Origin: Nemertoderma westbladi | Lineage: Eukaryota > Animalia > Xenacoelomorpha | Length of the DNA: 52,045 nt | Reading direction: 5' to 3' | Assembly: GCA_032718475.1 (NCBI GenBank) | Contig: JAUCBJ010001312.1 | Span: 1-52,045, forward strand | Part shown: positions 13,501 through 22,914 of the stretch, in pieces | How positions within the stretch are numbered: position 1 is the stretch's first letter | Layout of the letters: each line of letters opens with the position of its first letter | Program-made: the position numbers and the translations under genes | The notes under the pieces: generated by a model | Seen by the model: only the letters and a program-made list of their open reading frames with translations | Told to the model about the DNA's origin: nothing | The model's database searches: none

Positions 13501-13710
13501 GAGTCGAGGAACCGTTCCGTTGTCGGATCGTTTTAGTTCCGACTCCGAGGATTTGTCCGGGTTGAGTTGAGGAACCGTTCCGTTGTCGGATCGTTTTAGT
13601 TCCGACTCCGAGGATTTGTCTGGGTTTGAACGAGTCCCAGGATGGATGGGTCGATGAAGAACCGGTAGTCGGCTTTTTAATTTGGCAGGTGTCCTGGCAA
13701 GAGACGGCAT
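7561..13710 (-). CDS. LINE ORF1, ~2049 aa: tandem repeats + Ulp1/C48-like protease + coiled coil + ORF1 C-terminal domain
   Basis: First ATG at 13710 (the track start 13842 is TTG). Motifs: GHYILHIAEV...IPSQPNHYDCGPFICLYA (C48-like, ~9290-9850); heptad-like LQSRLAKMEDSYVNLKQEFTNLKDEL (~8590-8760); NRFEAL; C-terminal LYVT...FWPDGLRCREW (~7640-7890) typical of LINE ORF1. Confidence 0.88.
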   Translation of the reverse strand: MPSLARTPAKLKSRLPVLHRPIHPGTRSNPDKSSESELKRSDNGTVPQLNPDKSSESELKRSDNGTVPRLNPDKSSESKLKRSDNGTVPQLNPDKSSESELKRSENGTAPRLNPDKSSESKLKRSNNGTVPRLNPDKSSESELKRSENGTAPRLNPDKSSESKLKRSDNGTVPQLNPDKSSELELKRSDNGTVPRLNLDKSSESELKRSDNGTVPQLNPDKSSESELKRTDNGTVPQLNPDKSSESELKRTDNGTVPQLNPDKSSESELKRTDNGTVPQLNPDKSSESELKRSDNGTVPRLNPDRSSESELKRSENGMAPRLNPDKSSESELKRSDNGTVPRLNPDKSSESELKRSDNGTVPRLNPDKSSESELKRSENGTVPRLNPDKSSESELKRSDNGTVPRLNPDKSSESELKRSDNGTVPRLNPDKSSESELRRSDNGTVPRLNPDKSSESELKRSDNGTVPRLNPDKSSESELKRSENGTAPRLNPDKSSESELKRSDNGAVPRLNPDKSSESELKRSDNGTVPRLNPDKSSESELKRSDNGTVPRLNPDKSSESELKRSDNGTVPRLNPDKSSESELKRSENRTVPRLNPDKSSGLELKRVDCNDTNPTENQLDGALPTSDNDDTATNKTTSANNIFPPVVVATDLGDKQIMKTVKRQGRIHRRPVTRSQGKLSANKIEPLPPTEVSSWLGPDKPVQGCRRVDNNCSCNICAMSQSISEVDQPSSFNTIYNISKPVTNVNPVPGANVIDNILQPVTNVKSVPSGNGIDNFGTFHNNILKPIVNVNPVPSVNVIDNILQPVTNVKPVPSGTGIDNFGRFHNNILKPIVNVNPVPSVNVIDNILQPVTNVKSVPSGNGIDNFGTFHNNILKPIVNVNPVPSVNVIDNILQPVTNVKSVPSGNGIDNFGTFHNNILKPIVNVNPVPSVNVIDNILQPVTNVKPVPRVNVIDNFGTFNNNFLKPVINVNSLPSGNGIDNFVTCGNSILDPSTNVNSVQGVNVVDIASQPVMNENPIGGTNDTDNFGACYNNTSKPIINSVPNVNGIDIYGTCRWHHDEHKFGNNCTTLIDLSVSNIIKPSHSHTNHKSVVPKSANTNPARPVISVMGLQDDGTWKHREVEGKIINDNAESILPIDSTQVDAEILSPIKSNSNSTSHQHKSPNSAVVNVFKHDLNVEAPSFSMPLDTAIGHQPTSKALKITDFYQKVGPNSSAVKYTLNPNCDKSGLPLHNSEHIIEHSGAEPIVDDHGDQWLEGIFHADVEVGFNETEVVKAITKPRRDNPKPLFNITQGSIDMNSLQGTSFVTTGIIDCYFGILERNLPRISSIDSSLCYKLNHENFDVSAAVRYITSSCDPENDELIFFPECANGHYILHIAEVVNKKLYSFCPINRDYSSNIQSHLCDLLNLIQRVKGVANPAWHTETRYRDIPSQPNHYDCGPFICLYALYLATCNKDIFQQIKVGCVRKWLEGVIIDTKIDYDLLHKHRIPQSRLSALSGIQTSAPSNNHSVCPSTHSELSHSNPKGKQEDSSKEGKSSDGSNYKHTKSTFPIYNEYNLTKLLKDPKRKALKTLVSINSNTLSLLREKLFHDVRTLMQPTQSVSLLLQNRNSVKEQALDVFELMNCMKEGCFTAPCRKRLILAEQSSVDYGYNQLRLDLLQSVDVLQSRLAKMEDSYVNLKQEFTNLKDELYQERHARLVIQAKLEDLTSVQTQHPQSEPASVNMNLPNPKADSQPLAKSHLTTTGSHRTSRGTTWRNTMSGVTTTNRFEALQSTPELNPTAPESLYSDYTTLSEIESFDGSSPDCGPDEAPQVKKHERRTRHSEIPVKKTSKAHHSYSPQSTSHKGSGSVKRSMQHSKSNTSKHPYSESNYSTNPTADRKKDGPNLRDVPNKSRHSGNSHIHTPNISNYPTMNFGYISRDNHHRQQPQHTTVTSASVDAAKYPYAYLYVTSSNHKSRGEDITRHLLKRNITVFYTKRIQNFHRSGYIGVRVTVDAGVRASLLQDDFWPDGLRCREWTVKKSHQATGYRGRFHDPDVWYQRRLSSESPIYF
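10555..11500 (-). repeat. 135-bp (45-aa) coding repeat made of two related subunits, ~5 good copies plus degenerate ones
   Basis: NNILKPIVNVNPVPSVNVIDNILQPVTNVKSVPSGNGIDNFGTFH; atcaatacca at 10981 and 11116 gives period 135. Confidence 0.92.
11890..13627 (-). repeat. 63-bp coding tandem repeat (NPDKSSESELKRSDNGTVPRL), ~27.5 copies
   Basis: Directly visible; in frame in ORF1, substitutions only. Confidence 0.97.
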
Positions 13711-14249
13711 TGCATCGGTGGCGATGTGTGGCGATATATTACAGCAGTAATCTGGTAATACAGTCTGACAGTAGGCGTTATAATTACTAATTATATTCGG
13801 AATGCATCCATGTTCAGCATGATCCGGTCTCTTAAAAATCAAATCAAAAAATCAAAAAATTATAGGCCTACAGTGAAGTTTTAATTGGCTACTGGTACCT
13901 GGGTACTGATAATAAATTAGTATAATAAATTGTATAATAAATAGTATAATAAATTACATTTTTACAAGAAAAAACGTGGTAAATTTTTTTTCAATTTTTC
14001 AATTGAAATTTTTTTAACTAGCTAATAAAAAGTACTAGCTAAAACAAAATTAAAATTACTAGCTACCATCGTACTGGCAGAAAGTTAAATATTTGTTCTA
14101 GAACAAAAAACCTCATGATAAAAGCCATTTTCATATGAAACAATTTGTTTAAAAAGTGGGTACCCATAACATAGTAGTACCCGCAGAGACTGCCTGGTAT
14201 CTATGACCAATTCTTTGATTAAGAACCTGAAATATGAAATATAAGTATG

Positions 14250-15101
14250 ATGAAAGATATCCTAAAAAACAACCATCCATGCAGACAGGTAAAAATTAAT
14301 ATTGAATTTCATTTGGTCTTTTCATACATTGTAAATTTAGTTGCTTATAAGATGTCGCAAAATTAAGATTACTTGCTTCACATAAAACACTGCTGTACTC
14401 CTTTTACCAGTAGGCCTACCCGTAGCAGGTATCTGGGTTTATAGTGTTTATAGATGGCAGTATTTTGCGTACCGGTAGTTGTATTTAACGTGCCACCATA
14501 ACCTTCTTATTTCCCTTAATAAATAATTTACCATGAGACATGCTAATAATTTGCCAATGACAGCATTTGCGTCAATTCCCCATCGCGATCAGCCCCATTG
14601 CCAACAACTCCGACTATGTATAAAGTAGTGTTAAGCGGCTTTCTAGTTACGTAATAAATATTCGAAAACACTAAACTATTTACGGCCACCGTCAGCCGGT
14701 CCGCCGCTAAACGCAGATCGCATCGCATTCCTCGTCAACGCAACATCGACGTAAGTCTGACTTTTCCCACCGCACTCCGTGCCCGGAGTAAGAAACTCGG
14801 TATTATGATCCGACTGACCCCGTGTTCCCAGTGTAGAAAATATAATTAAACATTACTGCTTTCATTGCTGCATTGAACACAACTATCGGGACGCAAAAGA
14901 CTGCAATCTATAAAGCCAGATACCTGCTACCGGTAGGCCTACTGGTAAAAGCAGTACAGCAGTGTTTTATGTGAAGTAAGTAATCTTAATTTAGCGACAT
15001 CTTATACGCAACTAAATTTATAATGTATGAAAAGACCAAATTAAATTCAATATTAAATTTCACCTGTCTGCATGGATGGTTGTTTTTAGATTATCTTTCA
15101 T
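14250..15101. mobile_element. MITE-like element with ~195-bp inverted arms
   Basis: 14250-14444 (atgaaagatatcc...ggtatctgggtttatag) is the imperfect reverse complement of 14908-15101; non-coding GC-richer core. Confidence 0.8.
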
Positions 15102-15559
15102 TTGGCGGTTCAGTTCGGTCCAGTTCGCCTCTCTTTCGATCCAGTTCGGTTCAGTTCGGTCCAGTTCGGTCCAGATTCGAGTACAGAACTATCCGTATTA
15201 TGGCATACTTTTAGTATTAAAACCCCATTTTATTATATATACAGTATATTAGAGTCACTAATTCAAAGAATTATGTTCTCATTTTAAAATGAGTACACCA
15301 TTAATTCGGGAAATTTTGCAATTTTGTACTCATATTTTTATAAGAGACACTAATTCAATGAATTTTGTTCTCATTTTAAAATGAGTACACACACCATTAA
15401 TTCGGAAAATCTTTCAATTTTGTAATCATATTTTCATAAGAGTCACTAATTCACTGAATTATGTTCTCATTTTAAAATGAGTACACCAGTAACATTTTCA
15501 CAAGAGCCCGGTTGCGACCAAGGCGGCCTACGTCGTGATATGTTTGGAACATTTATTAA

Positions 15560-17859
15560 CCCTTTCCGGCCGACTGTATATTTTTGTATACACTGAATTT
15601 ATTTCACTATGAATTGCATAATTTTAACTAATTATAGTTGGTTTCATCCAATTGAGACCCTATCACACTTCCTTTACTTATAAATTACCGATTCTGATTG
15701 GATAATTGTAGTAGAAGGCTTCAATGAACGATTTTAGATGCTGTGTTTTCAGGTATTGACATGATGACTACCTGGCATAGGAAAGATGGTTATTTAAATG
15801 CTTTGGCAAAGCGATATTGAGAATTTTGATTGGGTATTCCAAAGATGGATTGTCCAATGAGATAATAATACTTCCATGATAAACTTTACAGTACAGGTAG
15901 GCTGGTAGTGTTATTGATAAACCACTGTATACATTTGTCTACGTTAGGTTTATAAAGTTGGGGAGTAGAAGTGGTGCAGCCACAGTTGGGGACTAGATGT
16001 GGTGCAGCACCGTTGGGGAGTAGATGTGATTCAGCCACCGTTTGTGTGATGTGGTGCTTCCACCATTGGGGTGTGTGTAGGCCTAGATGTGGTGCTGCCA
16101 CCATAGGGGAGTCGATGTTGACCATTGGGGTGTAGTGGTGGCGCAGCCACCATGGGGAGTAGATGTTGACCATAGGATAGTAGAGGTGATGCAGCCACCA
16201 TTGTAGATAGATGTGGTGCAGTCGTCATTGGAGAGTAGATGTGGAACAGCCTCCATTGGGGAGTAGATGTGGCGTAGCCACCATAGTGGAGTAGATGTTG
16301 ATCATTGGGCCTTGGGAGTAGATGTGATGCAGCCACTATTGGGGAGTAGATGTGGCGAAGTCGCCATTGGGCCTTGGGAGTAGATGTGATGCAGCCACCA
16401 TAGGGGAGTAGATGTGGTACATCCACCACCGTAGGGGTGTAGATATGGTGCAGCCACCATTGGAAAGTAAATCTGGCGAACCCAGAAATTGGGGAGTAGA
16501 TGTGGTGCAGCCACCATTGGGGAGTAAATCTGGCGCACCCATCATTTGGAAGTAGATGTGGTGCAGCCACCATTGATGAGTAGATGTGGTGCAGCTATCA
16601 TTGCGGAGTAGATATGGTGCAGCCACCATTGATGAGTAGATGTGGTTCAGCCACCATTGGGGAGTAGATGCTGACCATTGATGAGTAGATGTGGTGCAGA
16701 CACCATAGTGGAGTAGATGTTAACCATTGGGCCTTGGTAGTAGATGTGATTCAGCCACCATTGGGGAGTAGATGTGGTGCAGCCACCATTGATGAGTAGA
16801 TGTGGTGCAGCCACCATTGGGGTGTAGATGCTGACCATTGATGAGTAGATGTGGTGCAGACACCATAGTGGAGTAGATGTTAACCATTGGGCCTTGGTAG
16901 TAGATGTGATTCAGCCACCATTGGGGAGTAGATGTAGTGCAGCCACCATTGATGAGTAGATGTGGTGCAGCCACCACAGTGGAGTAGATGCTGAGCATTG
17001 GTGAGTAGATATGGTGTAGCCACCATATGGAGTAAATGTTGACCATTGGGGATTAGATGTGGTGTAGCCACCATATGGAGTAGATGTTAACCATTGGGCC
17101 ATGGGAATAGATGTGATTCAGCCACCATTGGGGAGTAGATGTAGTGCAGCCACTGTTTAGGAGTAGATGTTGTACACTCACATTATACAGGCAGGGCAGA
17201 TAGACATACAAACAGTTGAAAAAGGTCAGTCGAAACTGTTTTTTTCAAACTTTAACAAAACTGACAGAAAAAACATTCACTGTATAATTCTTCCTTTTTA
17301 AGTTTTTTTGTCGCACTGTGTTGCTTTTAAACAACGTGTGTTGTGAAAACACACAAAATTATAAAATTTTGCCATTTTGGCAAATTTCACAGTATTGACA
17401 GCTTTTCATTCCGAAAAAACGTAATTTAAATTTTTTATAAGAATATACTACTAGGATCGGCATGCTGCATTGCAGCTGCATTTTTAAGAATGCTGTGCCG
17501 GCTTGTCAACAAAATTGCGCCGCCACAACTCCCTATCACCCATGACATTTGCTAGATCATCCGCATCTTTAAGGCCAGTGTCCTTTAAGATGCGTCTCAA
17601 TAAGATATAAGAATATACTTTCTATACGATGTATGTATGTAAGTAAGTACGTACAATCTAGAGTTCGTATACAAAAGTATACATTGGGAATATGTTTCAT
17701 ATACCTAACGTATACTTTTGTATACAATAAAAAAAACAACATTGGAAATAATTTTTTGAAAATTTTTTCATCGAAAATTATTATTTGGTGTATAATTAAC
17801 CCATTAACAAGACCAAACAATTTTTTTTCCTAAATTAAATTAATTCAGGCCGGAAAGGG
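15560..17859. mobile_element. Non-autonomous piggyBac element
   Basis: TTAA-CCCTTTCCGGCC ... GGCCGGAAAGGG-TTAA; TTAA TSD at 15556-15559 and 17860-17863; removal rejoins the HECT frame. Confidence 0.93.
15955..17175. repeat. ~29-bp minisatellite (ggggagtagatgtggtgcagccaccattg) inside the piggyBac element
   Basis: Variable units with a 160-bp higher-order duplication (16681 vs 16841). Confidence 0.92.
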
Positions 17860-19462
17860 TTAATGCTTTAATTAATTCCGCTCTGTTTTCGAATATTGAT
17901 TGATGGATTAATAATACCAACCGTAGCTGATATATCTAAGGTGGCCAATGGTCAATTTAGGGCATTAGGAAAAGTGTTGGCTATTGCAATTATATACATG
18001 GTGAGCTCGTTATTGGCATAATTCACCCTTTAGTTGGGCGATATATTTCATATAATGGCCAGGATGTTGGTTGTGTAGAATTTCTAGAATTGATCCACGA
18101 ATTGCCGGAAGTAATTACTAATTTGTTTCAAGGAAACATCACAGACGAATTGCGATACAAGTCCTCCGAAATGGGATTGATTATGATTGAAGCGAATATT
18201 ACTCACAGTGATTTAAGTCTGCGTAAGTTTGCAGAGTTGTTTCTGAAGTCGTTACTAATATTCATTAAAGGCGCTATAGATTCTCTGAATGAAGGAATTC
18301 TGCCAATTCTGACCACAAAAGATTTTCCAAGTCACCTTATCTATAAAGTCCTTTCTTGTTCCCTGAAAATAATGGTTTCCAAAATTTGGCGTGAAGCTGA
18401 ATTCTTGGATCCTCTCCAACCAGGCTCAAACGGTTACGAAAGGGAAGATGATATTTCATTTTGGTTTGGCACCTCATTTCAATGTTTAGATGACTGTGGG
18501 TCATTAGTTTGGGAACAACACACATTGACCAAATCTAATATTCTTCACTGGCTATGTGGCTCATCCGGGCCGACTATGGTCCCAAAACTAACTGTTTTAT
18601 TTTAGGTACTGCAAAGAAAATAATTGTAAATGTTATCTTACTTATTCCACGTGTGCAATGCAACTCACCATCCCTATTCATATCGATTCTGAACAAGAAG
18701 TGAAGCGGCTTTTAGTTGAATCCTATTTCGCTTCTGGAGCAGGCTTTGACCGGTGTTAAAAAATCAGACAATTATTAATTAATTAGCATCTCGTTATTGC
18801 AATTTTCTATATCATTTTTAATTCTAGAATTTAATTATTTTAATTTTAGAATTCAAACTTTTGAATTGTTTAATCTATTACCAAGAAGTCCTATATTATT
18901 AGTGTATTTTAGTTATTAGTAGATAACATTTTATGTTGTTGAGTTTTGTTCTGTGAAATTTGAGGTGTTATAGTAAACTTAGCATCCTTATACAATGTGT
19001 ATATTGCACTAGTGGGCAGTAATAAAAATGTCACCTGTATAAATAACATCACACCAACTTCACCATTTTCAATGATACAACATTGGGATTGAATGGATAT
19101 CCACAACCAATCATCCCCCCTTCTTAATAATTTAAGTTAATTGAAATTGACATATTAATTTATTAAATTTACTTTTTTAATTTAATATCAAGATGAAGGC
19201 TCCTTACGTTTTAGGCCCGTGTGTTCCTATTGTACTTTATGCTTTTCCAATTTTCGCCCAATTATTGGAAAGGAACAGGTTATAGTGGCATGCAATTCTA
19301 ACCAAAACATTAAACGGGAGTCAATAGCACAGGTTAAACTTCCATAATCAATTTTGATTGATAATCATCAATCATCAATTAAAAGTATTAATTAAATATA
19401 TATCTATTAGTTAAAGGACAAATTATGTTATCCCACTCAATAGCGAATGAAATTATTCATTC

Positions 19463-19557
19463 GTCCTGGTAGCTCAGTTGCCTTACGACACACACACCCG
19501 GCTGATGATAACCAGAAGTTTGAAACCTAGGTACTGGGTTCAAGCCCCAATAGGGTC
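19463..19557 (+). other. tRNA-derived/SINE-like remnant
   Basis: A-box-like TAGCTCAGTTG and B-box-like GGTTCAAGCCC, but no canonical cloverleaf. Confidence 0.4.
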
Positions 19558-19808
19558 GGTTGACAGTTTTCGCTATGGAGAACATTATCATATTGTTCTA
19601 TTACATTATTTATAAATTATAATTATTTCACGGGCGAAGGTTTGACTTGGTCGAAACATTGTTGAGGGAGAAGTTTGCCGCGTCCCTTTTATTTATATTT
19701 ATACCCGTCCGTCCCATGAGGTAATAGCAGAAAATTGGTTGCGAAATAGCTGGAAATAATATAAAATTATTATAAACTAAAAATCGATACAAAAAATAAC
19801 TAGTATCG

Positions 19809-21848
19809 TTATTCTTGATAATTAAATACAAATTGCTTGCAATATAAATAGCAGTCAACACCGTATTTATTATCGGAATTATCAGACCCAAATCGGTGAT
19901 TGATTTCACTGAGTAACTGTCTTTCAGATTCTTCGGATATAGGACGTTCAATATTGGTAACATCAACAACTGTCTCTTGATCCTCAACAATCTGACCAAT
20001 CTACTCCGTAATTATCTAGGTTTATATTGTTCAGCTCATCTGGTACGTTGTCGATGTCACAAGTCGATGTTAATCAGCTATTGATGAAAATCTTCTGGGG
20101 GGTCCAGTAGCGCTCCGTGCGTAACCCATGTGCATTCCAACCAATTACAAATTTTTCAAGAGCCGCGTTTATTTGTTTCTTGTAAGTAATATGCAAACAA
20201 TATATATCATCGACAGAGGAGGGATCTAAATGGGAGTTGTCTTCTAGCCAAAAAAACAGCTCATAATAAACAATAACAACAGTACGGAATAGATCTCTCC
20301 ATAAGCGTTCTATCCTTTGATTGTGAGTACTTTTCCCTGCAATAAAGCTTCCTCAATTTGTGCCTCGATGCCTTATCATATATTCGGCGACCAGTCTATT
20401 TTCCCCTCCCTTATCTCCTCTCACCCTTGAAGGGAGGCCGTATTTCCTAACTGCTTCCTCGAACAATGGCAAAACAGTTGCAGCACAGTTGTTACCCGAT
20501 GCATAAAGGTATGTAATCACTAATCAGACGGGAAAATCCATCAATCCCACCTCGTACAGTCGAATTAGCGAAAACATTCAATTGTAAACAATCATGAAAT
20601 TTCGGTTTCCATCAACATTTAAATTTTAAAATTCCATCAACATTTAATATTCTAGAATATATATAATATCATAACAGGGCCTATACTACCTATTTTGCTA
20701 TTTCACTTCAGTTTTAGTTATCGATCCGAGATATTAATGTTTTTTTATAGAGTGGCTTTCAACAAAAAAAAACTACAAAAGTCGAGGCAAAAGTAACATT
20801 TTTTGTCTTACTTTCTTATTTGTCTTTCTACACTCGACAATGTTCGCGATAAGTTAATGTAATTTCAACAGTTCTAAAATGTCCTAGTTTGTTTCAATTA
20901 CATGCGATTTGTATATATATGTGACGTCTTTAATATGTCCCCAATTTGTTTGAACAATTATTTTACCGTTGTGCCAAAGCAAAGGATACATTTGTTGTAA
21001 CCTTTCTTTCTTAATAATAAATTGATGGTGAATAAAGTTATTTATTTGCCTTCAGCTATGTTTCGCTTTTTCGAAAGTACTAACCATGTATTACGAAGTT
21101 CCACCTTATGAGGCTATGATGGCCATCGATGTGCAATAAAGAAACCCTTTACATAATATCGTCGTCGGACCAAAAGCGCTCGCCACCTTGCTGCGGATAA
21201 AATGGGGTCGATTTCCCTTAAGACACGATGAACATGTAGAAGCGCGATGAACATATTTTGACTTCGTAGCATGGCATACACGAATCTACATCCCGCATAA
21301 GGGAATTGTTGATGAATTTCACCAATAACTTCTTTAATTTGGTTTTCATTTTCTAACGTATTGCGATACAAGTTTCGAACTCCCAAACCAAATTGACGAA
21401 CTCGGTCCATAATAGTTGATCGACTCACTCCAAATATCGCAGCAATCTGAGTCCAGTTAAATCCCGCCTCTTTGAGGTATTCAAGTTGAGACTTAGTAAC
21501 GTCGTATCTTGGTCTCCCCGCATTGTCAGGTCCCGGTCCATTATGTGTGAGAACATGATTAAACAAAGAAGTGCAATCAGGACTGACCCTTATGTACAAG
21601 TTGGCGATACGAACTTGTAGGTATTGATCTTATGGCAGATATTCAACAATTGCTGAATCATGAGCTGTCAAATTATTAGATTCCTTTATCATAGTTAAGC
21701 AATTACATATATTGGTGAGTTTAGCTAATAGGTACTACTTGAATTCGTCATTAATTAATTGAGGTGAGTAATCAGGTTTTAAAACACATTCGCATTCGGT
21801 TATGATATGTTCCCAATGGTTGACAAATATACTTGCCGGAATTTCCAT
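19809..21848 (-). pseudogene. IS3EU-type HTH + integrase-core (DDE) transposase pseudogene
   Basis: GRPRYDVTKSQLEYLKEAGFNWTQIAAIFGVSRST (HTH), RRRYYVKG, HIDGHH.LIRWNFVIHG|[47 protein letters not shown]; several stops and frameshifts. Confidence 0.9.
20552..21082. mobile_element. 531-bp TIR insertion with 3-bp TSD forming a GT-AG intron in the transposase
   Basis: Imperfect TIRs tcgtacagtcgaattagcgaaaacat / atgtttcgctttttcgaaagtacta; ACC duplicated at 20549-20551 and 21083-21085. Confidence 0.65.
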
Positions 21849-22009
21849 GATAAACAATAAAATCTAAACTACTATAAGGTGATAATGATGAGATCAAATT
21901 TACAATATAAAAACAACGATTTAAATAACCTTAATAATAATAAAATAGCAAAATAATAATAATAACAAATATAAAAAGGGTTTTTTAAATACATAAAAAG
22001 TATGTCATT

Positions 22010-22285
22010 CGTGATTGGCTAAAACATGGGTGACATATTTTCAAAGATGAGGCGCAAATTTGCGATTGGCTAAAAGATGGGTGGCAATTATTCGAAGATG
22101 AGGCGCAAATTCGCGATTGGCTAAAATATGGGTGACAATTATTCAAAGATGAGGCGCAAATTCGCGATTGACTAAAAGATATGTGGCAATTATTCGAAGA
22201 TGAGGCGCAAATTCGTGATTGGTTGTTAAAAGATGGGGGATAATTATTAAAAGATGAGGCGCAAATTCGCAATTGGCTAAAATAT
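22010..22285 (-). repeat. ~51-bp tandem repeat with CCAAT boxes upstream of the transposase
   Basis: gatgaggcgcaaat at ~22046, 22097, 22148, 22199, 22253; minus strand reads agccaatcgcgaatttgcgcc. Confidence 0.85.
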
Positions 22286-22914
22286 GAGTACAAAATTGCA
22301 AGATTTTCCGAATTAATGGTGTACTCATTTTAAAATGAGAACATAATTCACTGAATTAGTGACTCTTATAAAAATATAAGTACAAAATTATTTTCCTTAA
22401 AAAAATATGAGTAAATAATAAAAAGGGGTTTTGATACTAAAAGTATGCCATATCCATACCCCCCATTTTCCTAGTAACGAAGTACAATTATTAGGTTGCA
22501 GTTCAGGTAAATCGGGTGTGATGGCGACAGTGGCTACAGTCGATTGATCGACAGCAATAACTATGCACTGCCTTCAGGAAGTAGCAATGACATCGGAGCA
22601 TAATTGTTTTTATTCTTAATTTTAGATATATATCCACAGAACATAACTATATACATACATACTGAAATCTCAATATACCGATAACAGTAAATTCAAACCT
22701 TTGAACGAAATAATACCGAAAAATATAATAACTATAATAACCATCATAGTTATTACTATAAAAATTATTATAGCTCATTTAATTAGGATCGGGATTTTAT
22801 CATTCCTAATTATTATGTATATAGCAGATATCGGTATTTATTATTGTACTTTAAGCCATTATTCAATCGTATAAATGCAGTATTTTTGTTAATTATTGAT
22901 TTTATGTGTAACAG

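Larger units (their letters stand above)
4015..13830 (-). mobile_element. Near full-length non-LTR retrotransposon (RTEX-like, APE + RT)
   Basis: ORF1 and ORF2 on the minus strand separated by 19 nt; ~450-nt 3' UTR ending in a (TAA)n tail (plus-strand (tta)n at ~4015-4050). The 5' end is approximate and no TSD was found. Confidence 0.9.
3278..14181. mobile_element. Non-autonomous TIR DNA element interrupted by the LINE
   Basis: 31-bp TIR ggtactactatgttatgggtacccacttttt (3278-3308) vs aaaaagtgggtacccataacatagtagtacc (14151-14181). Subterminal blocks 3300-3640 recur inverted at ~3950-4015 and ~14030-14150. No clear TSD. Confidence 0.8.
15492..18759 (+). pseudogene. HECT-domain (G2E3-like) E3 ubiquitin ligase pseudogene, split by piggyBac insertion
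   Basis: TFSQEPGCDQGGLRRDMFGTFI(N) before TTAA 15556 joins in frame to ALINSALF after 17863. Then GQFRALGKVLAIAII, ILHWLCGSSGP and CYLTYSTCAMQLTIPIH (putative catalytic Cys codon 18652-18654), ending GAGFDRC-stop. Frameshifted; 5' part missing. Confidence 0.78.
15199..22452. mobile_element. Decayed IS3EU-like DNA transposon
   Basis: Termini TATGGCATACTTTTAGTA (15199) and TACTAAAAGTATGCCATA (22452); subterminal repeats 15250-15490 inverted at 22280-22390; internal convergent transposase and HECT pseudogenes; weak possible TSD tccgta/tccata. Confidence 0.8.

Noticed and set aside
11890-13627. CRISPR-like or retron-like array next to a reverse transcriptase
   Set aside because: No unique spacers; the array is in-frame coding sequence and the RT is a eukaryotic LINE RT.
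13711-13842. ORF1 N-terminal extension in the ORF track
   Set aside because: Starts at TTG in AT-rich flank; the first ATG is at 13710.
15886-17102. Cluster of His/Pro/Trp-rich ORFs
   Set aside because: Translations of the minisatellite in several frames.
19628-19999. 123-aa hydrophobic ORF
   Set aside because: Wrong frame; the overlapping frame encodes the transposase C-terminus (…KYGVDCYLYCKQFVFNYQE-stop).
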